Part shown: positions 10,216 through 20,173 of the stretch, one piece after another
How positions within the stretch are numbered: the first letter of the stretch is position 1
How the letters are laid out: every line of letters begins with the position of its first letter
From: an uncultured virus (IMG/VR IMGVR_UViG_3300026116_000038)
Lineage: Duplodnaviria; Heunggongvirae; Uroviricota; Caudoviricetes
DNA: 64,000 bases
Direction: 5' to 3' (one strand)
Virus record (IMG/VR): IMGVR_UViG_3300026116_000038
Notes under the pieces: model-generated
What the model was told of the DNA's origin: nothing
Databases searched by the model: none
What the model saw: only the letters and a program-made list of their open reading frames with translations
Program-made: the position numbers and the translations under genes

Positions 10216-10507
10216 CTCAATGTTTCCTAAAAGTGTCAGTTCTGATGCAGAAAAAGCACGTAAAAGTTTCGAATTAACACGTGATTTATTAAAAGAGGCG
10301 GCTGAAAGATTACGGCCGCCAGCTCCATCTAAAGAAGCATTGGATGAGGTTGAGAAGATTAAAAATGAAAGTAATAAATTAATAGAAGTATTATCTACAG
10401 GTTTTAATCAACAAAATTTGAATAAAATTGATGAATATTCTAGAAATCTTGCCCGTATTTGCCTTAATATTCAGCAATTAACTCTTCATCATAGAGTTAA
10501 AAAATGA
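10208..10507 (+). CDS. hypothetical coiled-coil protein
   Basis: ORF. Confidence 0.6.
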   Translation: MTNSMFPKSVSSDAEKARKSFELTRDLLKEAAERLRPPAPSKEALDEVEKIKNESNKLIEVLSTGFNQQNLNKIDEYSRNLARICLNIQQLTLHHRVKK

Positions 10508-10649
10508 AATATTGTAAATTATATTTAATTACAAAACTTATTGATGTATTTCTTTTCCCAATAGAATTATTTTATTCTGATAAAAGAATGGTGAAGTTAA
10601 TTCAACAAAGGCAAAAAGAATGGGAAAATTATAAGGTTAGATTGAGAAA

Positions 10650-11024
10650 ATGAAAATTTTAATTGTAGATGATGAAAATCAACGCCATTTTGGGTTTAAA
10701 GAAAAATATTTACCTGAAAATGAAGTGATTAATGCTTTTACGGTCAAGGAGGCAATAGCATTTATTCAAAATACTAAATTTGATTTAATTCATTTGGATC
10801 ATGACCTTCAGGATTTTGAACATTTTGATAATGGAAGAAAACCTATTGAGCGTACCGGAATGGATATTTGCCGATATTTAATTAACAATAATTATATGGG
10901 TAGAATAATTATTCATTCATGGAATACGCCGGCTTCAATTAAAATGAAAAAAATGTTTGAAGAAGTTGGTATTCCTGTAGTTTATGAACCTTATTCTTCT
11001 TCTACTACACTGAATAATAGTTGA
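10650..11024 (+). CDS. stand-alone receiver-domain protein (cyclic-phosphate-processing receiver-like)
   Basis: KILIVDD, DLIHLDHDL, TGMDI, IIIHSWN. Confidence 0.8.
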   Translation: MKILIVDDENQRHFGFKEKYLPENEVINAFTVKEAIAFIQNTKFDLIHLDHDLQDFEHFDNGRKPIERTGMDICRYLINNNYMGRIIIHSWNTPASIKMKKMFEEVGIPVVYEPYSSSTTLNNS

Positions 11025-11051
11025 CACTGAATTATTTCGCCTTATCATATA

Positions 11052-11582
11052 GTGATGGCGAAATGTATTAAATATTTATTTATATTAATTTTAATTACAG
11101 GATGTAATCCTTCTGTAAATTTACATTCTAACTTTGTTGTTGATTCATCATTTACTGCTGAACAACAAAATGAAATTGTAGAATCTGTTTCTGAATGGGA
11201 ATCAGTTACTGATGGAATGATTAAACTGAATTTAGTTTTTTCCAATCAGCCTGAAATGTATGGAAACGATTATAATAAAATTTTAAATATTATTGATGAA
11301 TCAAATTATCTTAATACTGATGCCCTTGGCAAAACAAATGTAGTGGCAAGTGTTATTAGGATATTAATTCTATCTAATAGAATTGAACGAAGTCAGTTTT
11401 TATTTAAAGAAGTTGTTTTACATGAATTGGGACATTCTTTTGGCTTACCACATCAAAAAAGTGGGTTAATGAATCCTTCAGTTCATGGTCAAACTTGCAT
11501 TGATAATTCTACACTAGATGAATTTTGTAATTTACACAATTGTAATGATTATGAAATAAAGTCTAGTTGCATTAATTATTAG
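11052..11582 (+). CDS. matrixin-like Zn metallopeptidase, predicted lipoprotein
   Basis: Lipobox LITGC; HELGHSFGLPH and Met-turn LMNP. Confidence 0.8.
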   Translation: MMAKCIKYLFILILITGCNPSVNLHSNFVVDSSFTAEQQNEIVESVSEWESVTDGMIKLNLVFSNQPEMYGNDYNKILNIIDESNYLNTDALGKTNVVASVIRILILSNRIERSQFLFKEVVLHELGHSFGLPHQKSGLMNPSVHGQTCIDNSTLDEFCNLHNCNDYEIKSSCINY

Positions 11583-11610
11583 TTATTTTAAATGAAAACA
11601 TGGGTGAAAA

Positions 11611-12381
11611 ATGGATTATAAAATTATTAATGATATTTTAAATATAGTATTATTGGATCGGCCGAGAATTATTATGGCGGATTTATATGAAATTTGTAAA
11701 TCTAAAATTGAAAATGTATCTTTGCCTCAATTTAGAGTTGAGGTATCTTCATGGATCAATGATAATACAATTCCTGGTTTTGAAATTAGAAAAGGACCCG
11801 CTGGTGGTATTTATAAGATAGGTGCAACTAATGAATTTAAAGTAAAGCAAAATGACTCTTTATTAGATCCTATTATAGTTTTAAATTCATTAAAATTATG
11901 TTTACGTGGTCAAACTCATATTACATGTAGTAATTTATATTTAACTGTTGATACATTAATTAGTGAAGGACAATTCCGATCATTAATTACACAATGGATA
12001 GATAATGGAACATTGCCAGGATATGAATTTCGAAAAGGACCAACGGGAGGAATTTATCCTGTAGAAAGAGAAACTGATAAAGTTTCTGAATCCGAATCAA
12101 ATTTTATTTTACAGATTACACCGGCTTTAAGAATAATTCAATCAGACGATAGAAATTGGGCTATTCAAAAGAAAAATGCCGAATTGTGGATTAACTTATA
12201 TTATCATCCAACTATTTATGGTTGTATTAATTCTATAATAAAACATATAAAGTCTGGAGATTTCAAATTATCAGATTCAGTAATTAATCAATTAAAAGCC
12301 AGTTTAAATTATATTAAAGAAATAGAAAAACGTTTAGAAATTAAATACGAAAATATTATTAAAAATAAGTTTAAGGAATAA
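11611..12381 (+). CDS. protein with two tandem winged-helix-like repeats
   Basis: Duplicated QFR...WI....PG(F/Y)E.RKGP.GGIY. Confidence 0.6.
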   Translation: MDYKIINDILNIVLLDRPRIIMADLYEICKSKIENVSLPQFRVEVSSWINDNTIPGFEIRKGPAGGIYKIGATNEFKVKQNDSLLDPIIVLNSLKLCLRGQTHITCSNLYLTVDTLISEGQFRSLITQWIDNGTLPGYEFRKGPTGGIYPVERETDKVSESESNFILQITPALRIIQSDDRNWAIQKKNAELWINLYYHPTIYGCINSIIKHIKSGDFKLSDSVINQLKASLNYIKEIEKRLEIKYENIIKNKFKE

Positions 12382-12384
12382 ATT

Positions 12385-12705
12385 ATGGACATTAAAGCTA
12401 ATAGAGTTAACAGTGTTTTGGGCGAAGATAAAAATAATCATCATTCATCTTATATGATGGAAGAATATCTACTTAAAGCTTTGAAAGAAGATATTACAGA
12501 TACGCAATTTATGAATGTTATTAGAATTATTCTTGGCAAAAATATTACACATACTGGCGCAGATGGGGAAAATCATTACAAGACCATTGCAAAAAAGAAG
12601 CAAATGGAAAATTTAAATAATTTGAGCGAAGAAGAAATCGAGTCAGAAATTAATGAAGACCAAGAAATTGAGGAGATTGCTGGTCTATTTAATCCAGATA
12701 TTTAA
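12385..12705 (+). CDS. hypothetical protein, acidic C-terminus
   Basis: ORF with AAGGA RBS. Confidence 0.6.
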   Translation: MDIKANRVNSVLGEDKNNHHSSYMMEEYLLKALKEDITDTQFMNVIRIILGKNITHTGADGENHYKTIAKKKQMENLNNLSEEEIESEINEDQEIEEIAGLFNPDI

Positions 12706-12707
12706 AA

Positions 12708-13154
12708 TTGATTGATAAAAATATTCAAAATACATGCACAGACGTATATACGAATGTACGTAAATGGATTGATAAAATCTATGACATAGATATAAATAAT
12801 ATGCAGGGAGCTTGCGCTATTGCTAGTTATACTTTATATCGTTCATTAAAAAAGAAAGGTTATTCAGCTGATTTTGTATTAGCTTGGAATGAAGACGCTT
12901 ATGAAGGGCATGCTTGGATTGAAATAAATAATTATGTAATAGATTTGACATATAAACAATTTAATTATATTTTTGAAAATGATATTCTTATAATAAAAAA
13001 AGAAGAATATAGCCGAAATATTCCAACAATAAATAATTTTAATATTATATATAAAAATAGAAAAGCTATTAAAGAAGTTAAGACTTGGACGAAAAATCAA
13101 AATCCATTTAATTATTTAAGGCAAATTAATTCATATCTTAGAAAAATTAATTAA
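12708..13154 (+). CDS. transglutaminase/papain-like Cys-His-Asp protein
   Basis: GAC...HAWIE...IDLT..QF; paralogue of 44618..45004. Confidence 0.55.
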   Translation: MIDKNIQNTCTDVYTNVRKWIDKIYDIDINNMQGACAIASYTLYRSLKKKGYSADFVLAWNEDAYEGHAWIEINNYVIDLTYKQFNYIFENDILIIKKEEYSRNIPTINNFNIIYKNRKAIKEVKTWTKNQNPFNYLRQINSYLRKIN

Positions 13155-13341
13155 TATAATGAAATTAATATTTAAATATTATTGGTCAATTTTATTTCTT
13201 GCGTTAGGTTTATTCGGTACTATATTAGGTGAACTAAGAAATGATGTTCTTGAAGGAATAGTTGGTGGATTTTTTCTAGGGTTAGCATTTTATTCTATTA
13301 TTGAAATTAAAATAAACGAAAATTATTAGGAATTAAATTAT

Positions 13342-13674
13342 ATGAAATATCTTGAATTGGCTTCACGAATTGCAAAAGGCGGTTCTGAAGATAGAAACTA
13401 TCTTATTGGGTGTGTTGGTGTACGGGCAGACGGAGCTATTGTTGTGGCTCCTAATAGTTGGACAAAAGAGCCAGAACCTAGGGCACATGCGGAAGCTAAG
13501 GTAATTCAAAAATCTGATCGAGGTACCGTTCTTTATGTTGCAAGAATTCATAGGGACGGTAAACTTGCTATGGCTAAACCGTGCGTTAAATGTCAGGCAC
13601 TTATTAAAAATAAAAAAATAAAGCGTGTATATTATTCTATTTCAAATGAAGAGTTTGGTGTTTGGGATCCATAA
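13342..13674 (+). CDS. cytidine/dCMP deaminase-family protein
   Basis: HAE and PCVKC Zn-binding motifs. Confidence 0.85.
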   Translation: MKYLELASRIAKGGSEDRNYLIGCVGVRADGAIVVAPNSWTKEPEPRAHAEAKVIQKSDRGTVLYVARIHRDGKLAMAKPCVKCQALIKNKKIKRVYYSISNEEFGVWDP

Positions 13675-13679
13675 TTTAT

Positions 13680-13940
13680 ATGACGAAAATATTTTCTATA
13701 AAATATAAATTTGGTATTTGTTGGTATAAAAATGGCACAGATACTCTTCATAAAGAGACAGGGCCAGCTAAAATATATTCTAATGGTTCCAGATTTTGGT
13801 ATAAGAACGGATTAGCACATAGAACTGATGGTCCAGCTAGAGAGTTTATTAATGGTAAAAAAGAGTATTGGTTAAATGGGATTAAATATCCATATATTAA
13901 AACTAATGAAGAATGGTTAATATTTCAAATTATAAATTGA
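13680..13940 (+). CDS. HRxDGPA repeat protein, family A
   Basis: Start adjusted to MTKIFS; tail [12 protein letters not shown]. Confidence 0.8.
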   Translation: MTKIFSIKYKFGICWYKNGTDTLHKETGPAKIYSNGSRFWYKNGLAHRTDGPAREFINGKKEYWLNGIKYPYIKTNEEWLIFQIIN

Positions 13941-13941
13941 T

Positions 13942-14205
13942 ATGACTAAAGTTTTTTATGAAATAGATGAGTATGGAACTATTCGCTGGTATAAAAAAAA
14001 TACAGATATTCTTCATAGAGAAGAAGGACCTGCTGTAGAATGGAATGATGGAACTAAATGTTGGTACCAAAATGGTGAACTTCACAGAAAAGACGGTCCT
14101 GCAATAGAATGTATAGATGGATATAAAGAATATTATTTAAATGATATTTTTTATCTAGATATTAAAACTGATGAAGAATGGGTTATATTTCAAATTATAA
14201 ATTAA
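13942..14205 (+). CDS. HRxDGPA repeat protein, family A
   Basis: 2 repeats plus conserved tail. Confidence 0.85.
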   Translation: MTKVFYEIDEYGTIRWYKKNTDILHREEGPAVEWNDGTKCWYQNGELHRKDGPAIECIDGYKEYYLNDIFYLDIKTDEEWVIFQIIN

Positions 14206-14206
14206 T

Positions 14207-14470
14207 ATGACTAAAGTGTCTTCTGAAAAAGATGTATTTGGAAATATTCGTTGGTATAAAGAGGGTACGGATATTCTTCATAGAGAAAATGGTCCAGCTG
14301 TAGAATTTGCCAATGGAACTAAAGCTTGGTATCAAAATGGAAAATATCATAGAACTGATGGACCCGCTATAGAATATGTTGATGGAAATAAATATTATTA
14401 TTTAAATAATAAATATTGCCCAGATATTAAAACTGATGAAGATTGGTTAATATTTCAAATTATAAATTGA
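14207..14470 (+). CDS. HRxDGPA repeat protein, family A
   Basis: 2 repeats plus conserved tail. Confidence 0.85.
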   Translation: MTKVSSEKDVFGNIRWYKEGTDILHRENGPAVEFANGTKAWYQNGKYHRTDGPAIEYVDGNKYYYLNNKYCPDIKTDEDWLIFQIIN

Positions 14471-14471
14471 T

Positions 14472-14735
14472 ATGATTAAAGTGTTTTTTGAAACAGATGA
14501 ACGGGGTACTGTTTATTGGTTTATCGAAGGTACTAGATATCTTCATAGAGAAAATGGTCCAGCTATAGAATATGCTGATGGACATAAAGAGTGGTATCAA
14601 AATGGAAAACTTCATAGAGAAGATGGTCCTGCTGTAGAATGGATAGATGGATATAAAGAATATTGGTTAAATAATGAATATTATCCATATATTAAAACTG
14701 ACGAAGAGTGGATTATATTTCAAATTATAAATTAA
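14472..14735 (+). CDS. HRxDGPA repeat protein, family A
   Basis: 2 repeats plus conserved tail. Confidence 0.85.
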   Translation: MIKVFFETDERGTVYWFIEGTRYLHRENGPAIEYADGHKEWYQNGKLHREDGPAVEWIDGYKEYWLNNEYYPYIKTDEEWIIFQIIN

Positions 14736-14736
14736 T

Positions 14737-15000
14737 ATGACTAAAGTATATTCTAAAATAGATGCATATGGAACTATTTTTTGGTATAAAGAAGGAACAA
14801 ATATTCGTCACAGAGAAGATGGTCCAGCTGTAGAATATGCTGATGGGTCTAATTTTTGGTATCAAAATGGAAAATATCATAGATTAAATGGACCTGCTAA
14901 AGTTTATTATAATGGATATAAAGAATATTATTTAAATGGAAAACATTATCCGGATATTAAAACTGATAAAGAATGGTTAATATTTTTAATTATAAATTAA
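14737..15000 (+). CDS. HRxDGPA repeat protein, family A
   Basis: 2 repeats plus conserved tail. Confidence 0.85.
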   Translation: MTKVYSKIDAYGTIFWYKEGTNIRHREDGPAVEYADGSNFWYQNGKYHRLNGPAKVYYNGYKEYYLNGKHYPDIKTDKEWLIFLIIN

Positions 15001-15001
15001 A

Positions 15002-15274
15002 ATGACTGCAGTATATTCTGAAATAGATGAATATGGAACTATTCGTTGGTGTAAAAAAGGTACATATCTTCTTCACAGAGAAGATGGACCAGCTAAAGAA
15101 TATGTTAATGGAACTGAATATTGGTATCAATACGGAAAACTTCACAGAGAAGATGGTCCTGCTATAGTATATTATAATGGATATAAAAAATATAAAGAAT
15201 ATTATCTAAATGATATTTATTATCCAGATATTTCTTCTGATGAGGAGTGGATAATATTTCAAATATTAAATTAA
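15002..15274 (+). CDS. HRxDGPA repeat protein, family A
   Basis: 2 repeats plus conserved tail. Confidence 0.85.
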   Translation: MTAVYSEIDEYGTIRWCKKGTYLLHREDGPAKEYVNGTEYWYQYGKLHREDGPAIVYYNGYKKYKEYYLNDIYYPDISSDEEWIIFQILN

Positions 15275-15275
15275 T

Positions 15276-15539
15276 ATGACAAAAGTATATTCTAAAATAG
15301 ATGCATATGGAAATATTTTTTGGTATAAAGAAGGAACAAATATTCTTCATAGAGAAGATGGTCCAGCTGTAGAGTTGTATTATGGCGGTAAAATGTGGTA
15401 CCAAAATGGAAAACGTCATAGAGAAGATGGTCCGGCAAAAGAATGGAATAATGGAGATAAAGAATATTGGTTAAATGGAAGATTTTATCCAGATATTAAA
15501 ACTGATAAAGAATGGCTTATTTATTTAATTATTAATTAA
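15276..15539 (+). CDS. HRxDGPA repeat protein, family A
   Basis: 2 repeats plus conserved tail. Confidence 0.85.
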   Translation: MTKVYSKIDAYGNIFWYKEGTNILHREDGPAVELYYGGKMWYQNGKRHREDGPAKEWNNGDKEYWLNGRFYPDIKTDKEWLIYLIIN

Positions 15540-15541
15540 AA

Positions 15542-15844
15542 ATGAAAAAACAAGAATGGAAAGATCCTTCAGGTCTTTTACATAGAAAAAATGGTCCAGC
15601 TGTAATTAATGGAAATGGCGATAAATTTTATTATGAGCATGGATTACTTCATAGATTAAATGGGCCAGCTATTATGTTAGCTAACGGTACTAAAATTTAT
15701 ATGCGAAGACATTTAATTCATAGAGATAATGGTCCAGCAGTAATCAAACCAAATGGCAAAAAGGAATTTTGGATTAATAATTTTCAACTTAAAAATATTA
15801 AATCTACCGCAGAATTAATTATTTATCTTTTAAATAAATATTAA
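15542..15844 (+). CDS. HRxxGPA repeat protein, divergent family A member
   Basis: 3 repeats; tail STAELIIYLLNKY. Confidence 0.8.
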   Translation: MKKQEWKDPSGLLHRKNGPAVINGNGDKFYYEHGLLHRLNGPAIMLANGTKIYMRRHLIHRDNGPAVIKPNGKKEFWINNFQLKNIKSTAELIIYLLNKY

Positions 15845-15892
15845 GATAATAATTTGTTATATGTTTATATAGATTTACAATAAAAGGATTTA

Positions 15893-16099
15893 ATGCCAGG
15901 AATTAAATGTCCAGTATGTCACTTTATTTTTAAGGATAGAGAGCGATTTGAAGAATCATGGGAAGATAAGCCTCACGAAAATTTAAAAGATTGTGTTATT
16001 TATTTGGGTAAAGTTAATCAAGAATTAATAGAATGTATCAATGAAATTGAAAATAGATTTCATTACGAAAAAGTTATGAGAAGAAAAATTTTAGATTGA
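15893..16099 (+). CDS. hypothetical protein (CxxC)
   Basis: ORF with AAGGA RBS. Confidence 0.55.
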   Translation: MPGIKCPVCHFIFKDRERFEESWEDKPHENLKDCVIYLGKVNQELIECINEIENRFHYEKVMRRKILD

Positions 16100-16124
16100 C
16101 AATTCATTAATTAATACTTATAAT
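16096..16124 (+). promoter_or_regulatory. consensus sigma70 promoter
   Basis: TTGACA-N17-TATAAT, perfect match. Confidence 0.8.
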
Positions 16125-16294
16125 ATATGAATGTTTTTAACAATTAAAGTATATTTACTTCCAATTATAATTATAAGTCAATTTATAATTAAAATTGCAA
16201 TAGTATTTTCACTATGGATTTTAATGATATGCTTAATATCATTTATGTATTTTTCTATTGAAGATTTTGTAAGAAAATATTTGAAGAGTGAATT

Positions 16295-16684
16295 ATGAAT
16301 AAACAAGAATTTGAAATACTAAAGTCGATTTTTCCCAAATCAAACATTAACAATATCGAAGATCTTTTAAATCATTCTAAAGATCCTTATGAATATAATT
16401 TTGTTTCAAATTGGGTTAATAATTGTAAAGAAATAGATATTGAAATAGAAATTCCTAAAAATGATTTAATTCTTGCTGCAATAAATGAAGAGTTAAATAC
16501 TGAGGGAATCCAATCTATTTTTGATGATGAGGGTAAGAAATTATTTTCATATTGTAATACGGGTGATGAATTTGGTATTACAGTAATGTATCATCATATT
16601 TCAGAAAAATTCATTTTAAGTTCTTTTATTAATATAATTGAAGCAATTGAAGAAGATATGTTAGAAATGTTTTTGTCTGATTAA
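16295..16684 (+). CDS. hypothetical protein
   Basis: ORF. Confidence 0.6.
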   Translation: MNKQEFEILKSIFPKSNINNIEDLLNHSKDPYEYNFVSNWVNNCKEIDIEIEIPKNDLILAAINEELNTEGIQSIFDDEGKKLFSYCNTGDEFGITVMYHHISEKFILSSFINIIEAIEEDMLEMFLSD

Positions 16685-16900
16685 ATGGAAAATATAGATT
16701 TAAATTATTTAGATCATAATTTTATTGTTATTCCGGATGATAATAACTTTATGATTGATGCATTTATATGTAGTAAATGTAATATAATTTGTTTTTTAAG
16801 TAAAACATTTAATATTTTTTATATATGTCAATATGATGGATATTTATCAGAGTTAAAATTAACTTGCAATGAAATAATAATTGAATCTATAATTGATTAG
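16685..16900 (+). CDS. small Zn-finger-like protein, family B
   Basis: HNF...CSKC...LTCNEIIIESIID. Confidence 0.7.
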   Translation: MENIDLNYLDHNFIVIPDDNNFMIDAFICSKCNIICFLSKTFNIFYICQYDGYLSELKLTCNEIIIESIID

Positions 16901-17141
16901 GAATATAAAAATGAAATTATCACACAAAGAAAAATTAGAAAAAAATAGATGATTTAATATCTAAACATGGTTGTTGTGATGAATCAGAAGTTCAGCATCA
17001 GATTGAATATCATAAAGATAATTTAATTGATAATTATAAAACAGTAATGAAAACATTAGATGAAATTGGTAAACTTCTTTGCTTGTCAGATGAAGAGATG
17101 GAAGAAATGTTTCCTTTTTTAAAAGAAGGTGAATAAATTAA

Positions 17142-17546
17142 ATGTATATTTTAATAATTTTATTACTATTAGGTTTTTCTATACCTGTAGCATACTTTTT
17201 AATTTCTTATTTATATAATTATGATAAATTAGAAAAGAAACCTAAGAAATTAGAATGGGTAACTGAAGAATTTGATGTAGGCAAGGTTGAAGTTACTATA
17301 ATTGATATAAATAATAATTCATTCAATAAAGTAATTATTGGAATTGTAGTTTATAAAAATGAACAAAATAAAACTCGCCCAATAATTATTGATGCAATAG
17401 ATCTATTTGAAAATACGATTTATGATTTCTATGCAAAAACTAGACTATTTCCTATAGATGAAGGTAGCTATATTCCTGAACATAGGATTAAACATATTAA
17501 ATCTTTCTATGAAGAATATTTTATAGAATTTTCTTATAATAAATGA
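17142..17546 (+). CDS. membrane-anchored hypothetical protein
   Basis: N-terminal hydrophobic helix. Confidence 0.6.
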   Translation: MYILIILLLLGFSIPVAYFLISYLYNYDKLEKKPKKLEWVTEEFDVGKVEVTIIDINNNSFNKVIIGIVVYKNEQNKTRPIIIDAIDLFENTIYDFYAKTRLFPIDEGSYIPEHRIKHIKSFYEEYFIEFSYNK

Positions 17547-17680
17547 AATCTAAAATTCATATGCAACTTGATGAAATGGAAAAATTAATAAATTTATGTT
17601 CTGCTTATTTATTAATAATGGAAATAAATAAATTGAGAAAAGAATTTCCACCTAAAATAGTTAAATAACAACAAATTAAT

Positions 17681-17938
17681 ATGTCTGATAGAAATGGATT
17701 AGTTATAGTATGTGGAAATAAATATTGGTATAAAGATAATGAATTTCATAGATTAGACGGGCCTGCTATAGAATATATAGATGGAACTACAATTTGGTAT
17801 CAAAATGGAATTGTTCATAGGAAAGATGGGCCAGCAGTAATATATGATAATGGTAAAAAGGAATATTGGTTAGATAATATTTATTATCCAGATGTTAATT
17901 CTGATGAAGAATGGTTAATATTTCAAATTATAAATTAA
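17681..17938 (+). CDS. HRxDGPA repeat protein, family A
   Basis: 2 repeats plus conserved tail. Confidence 0.85.
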   Translation: MSDRNGLVIVCGNKYWYKDNEFHRLDGPAIEYIDGTTIWYQNGIVHRKDGPAVIYDNGKKEYWLDNIYYPDVNSDEEWLIFQIIN

Positions 17939-17939
17939 T

Positions 17940-18272
17940 ATGACTAAAGTCTATTCTAGTATAGATAAATATAATAACATTCATTGGTATAAAGAAGGTA
18001 CAAATATTCGTCATAGGGATGACGGTCCAGCTATAGAATGTACCAATGGAACCAAATATTGGTATCAAAATGGTATCTTTCATAGAGAAAGTGGGCCCGC
18101 ATTAGAATTTTATGATGGAGAAAAGTGGTGGTGCTATGATGGAAAGCGTCATAGAATTGATGGCCCTGCTGTAGAATATGAAAATGGAGGAAAAGAATAT
18201 TGGTTAAATGGTAAATGGTATATAGATATTAACACTGATGAAGAGTGGTTAATATTTCAAATTATAAATTAA
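17940..18272 (+). CDS. HRxDGPA repeat protein, family A
   Basis: 3 repeats plus conserved tail. Confidence 0.85.
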   Translation: MTKVYSSIDKYNNIHWYKEGTNIRHRDDGPAIECTNGTKYWYQNGIFHRESGPALEFYDGEKWWCYDGKRHRIDGPAVEYENGGKEYWLNGKWYIDINTDEEWLIFQIIN

Positions 18273-18273
18273 T

Positions 18274-18675
18274 ATGACTAAAGTAGTTTGTAAAACAAAT
18301 GAACTTAGTAATCTTTATTGGTATAAAGAAGGTACTAATATTCTTCATAGGGAAGACGGACCAGCTGTAGAGTGTTCTAATGGAGGTAAGTTTTGGTATC
18401 AAAATGATCTATACCATAGAATAGATGGCCCAGCATTAGAGTGGAATGATGGAGAAAAACAATGGTTCAAAAATGGATTATGTCATAGAGAGAATGGCCC
18501 AGCAATAGAATGGATTAATGGTGATAAACATTGGTGTATTAATGGAGAAATTCATAGAATAGATGGTCCCGCTGTAGAATACATAAATGGAGATAAACAA
18601 TATTGGTTGAATAATAAATATTATCCAGATATTAAAACTGATGAAGAGTGGATTATATTTCAGATAATTAATTAA
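18274..18675 (+). CDS. HRxDGPA repeat protein, family A
   Basis: 4 repeats plus conserved tail. Confidence 0.85.
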   Translation: MTKVVCKTNELSNLYWYKEGTNILHREDGPAVECSNGGKFWYQNDLYHRIDGPALEWNDGEKQWFKNGLCHRENGPAIEWINGDKHWCINGEIHRIDGPAVEYINGDKQYWLNNKYYPDIKTDEEWIIFQIIN

Positions 18676-18677
18676 AA

Positions 18678-19010
18678 ATGACTAAAGTATATTCAAAAAA
18701 AGATAAATATGGAAATATTTATTGGTGTAAAGAAGGTACAAATATTCTTCATAGAGAAGATGGTCCAGCTATAGAATTTGTTGATGGAACTAAGCATTGG
18801 TATCAAAATGATATGTGGCATAGAGCTGATGGACCAGCTATAGAAAATAACTCTGGACATAAAGAATGGTACCAGAGTGAAAAATGTCATAGAACGGATG
18901 GTCCTGCTGTAATATGGCCTAATGGTGATAAAGAATATTGGTTAAATGATAAACCATACCCAAATATTAAAACTGATGAAGAATGGATTATATTTCAAAT
19001 TATAAATTAA
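18678..19010 (+). CDS. HRxDGPA repeat protein, family A
   Basis: 3 repeats plus conserved tail. Confidence 0.85.
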   Translation: MTKVYSKKDKYGNIYWCKEGTNILHREDGPAIEFVDGTKHWYQNDMWHRADGPAIENNSGHKEWYQSEKCHRTDGPAVIWPNGDKEYWLNDKPYPNIKTDEEWIIFQIIN

Positions 19011-19013
19011 GCC

Positions 19014-19042
19014 TTGACAAATTGATACGTAAGATCTATTAT
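19014..19042 (+). promoter_or_regulatory. sigma70 promoter for tRNA-Asn
   Basis: TTGACA-N17-TATTAT. Confidence 0.7.
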
Positions 19043-19057
19043 ATAGATAATAAACAT

Positions 19058-19130
19058 TCCAGCTTAGCTCAGTTGGTAGAGCAGGCGGCTGTTAACCGCC
19101 GGGTCCAAGGTTCGAGTCCTTGAGCTGGAG
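19058..19130 (+). tRNA. tRNA-Asn(GTT)
   Basis: TCCAGCT/AGCTGGA acceptor stem, GCTC/GAGC D-stem, GGCGG-CTGTTAA-CCGCC anticodon arm, TTCGAGT T-loop; followed by CTA, not CCA. Confidence 0.95.
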
Positions 19131-19155
19131 CTACTTTTTTAAATAGAAATAAAAA

Positions 19156-19566
19156 ATGGATAATAAAACAACATTAGATTTAGTTGATAATGTAATAAAC
19201 AAAATTAGCAATGGAGTAGAACATATAGCCAATTCCGTTGCTAAAGTTACTCCGGATGCTTGGAAAATTTTGGTCCATTATCAGCGGATGTTAGCAATAC
19301 AAGAAATCATTAAAGGCATTGGATATAGTGTAATTATTATGCTAATATTACTTGTTTATAAAAAATTAGTTTATAATATGTTTCTTAAACTTATTAAAAC
19401 TGATTCTTATTTTGTTTTTTCGCAAGCCATTTGCGGTGCAATTGTTTTAATTTTTTCTATGCTTCTTTTAAATGATAGTATAGATTTAATCTCTAATGGT
19501 ATTATAAGATATAATTCTCCAGATTATTTTGCTGTAAAAGAATTGATTACAACAATTACGAAATAA
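19156..19566 (+). CDS. membrane protein (2 TM)
   Basis: Two hydrophobic segments. Confidence 0.6.
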   Translation: MDNKTTLDLVDNVINKISNGVEHIANSVAKVTPDAWKILVHYQRMLAIQEIIKGIGYSVIIMLILLVYKKLVYNMFLKLIKTDSYFVFSQAICGAIVLIFSMLLLNDSIDLISNGIIRYNSPDYFAVKELITTITK

Positions 19567-19568
19567 TT

Positions 19569-20123
19569 ATGATTGATAAATTAAATGTAATTAAATATAT
19601 TGAAAATAGATTGAAATTAATTCAACGAAAACATAATTTTAATCCTAATTCTGGTAAAAAACAAATAAAGAATCTACCAGAATTAGAAGATGATTTTCTT
19701 ATATTTCAAGAATATATTAAATTAATTAAAAAATGTAAATTGAATATTCATATTAAATATGATCCATTAGGTTTGGATAAAAAATCTATTAGTAAAATTA
19801 AAAATAGAAAAACTCAAGTTTATTTTGCTAGACATTCGAATGATCCAACTATATGGAAAATTGGATTATCTATTGCTCCAAATAAACGAGTAAAAAATAT
19901 TCAAGTTGGTAATCCTGAGCATTTCCAAACAATTTACACAATAGATGGAAATCTAAAATTAAAAAATGCTATTAAATACTATACATCTAAATATCACTTA
20001 GATGGCGGAACTGAATGGCGCAGATTAGATGAAAACGTTATAAAAACTATAATTCAAAAAATTAAAGAATCAGGGACGAATTTTTTATATAAGTCTAAAT
20101 TAGATTTAAATATTAATTCTTGA
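19569..20123 (+). CDS. GIY-YIG-superfamily (T5orf172/MUG113-like) protein
   Basis: VYFAR....WKIGLS..PNKRVKNIQVGNP ... GTEW. Confidence 0.7.
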   Translation: MIDKLNVIKYIENRLKLIQRKHNFNPNSGKKQIKNLPELEDDFLIFQEYIKLIKKCKLNIHIKYDPLGLDKKSISKIKNRKTQVYFARHSNDPTIWKIGLSIAPNKRVKNIQVGNPEHFQTIYTIDGNLKLKNAIKYYTSKYHLDGGTEWRRLDENVIKTIIQKIKESGTNFLYKSKLDLNINS

Positions 20124-20173
20124 CATATACCCATTTACGATTTACATATAATACATAACCAATAAATAATATT

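Noticed and set aside
13680..15844. Integron-like cassette array
   Set aside because: Genes are 1-3 nt apart with no attC-like palindromes, and no integrase is present.
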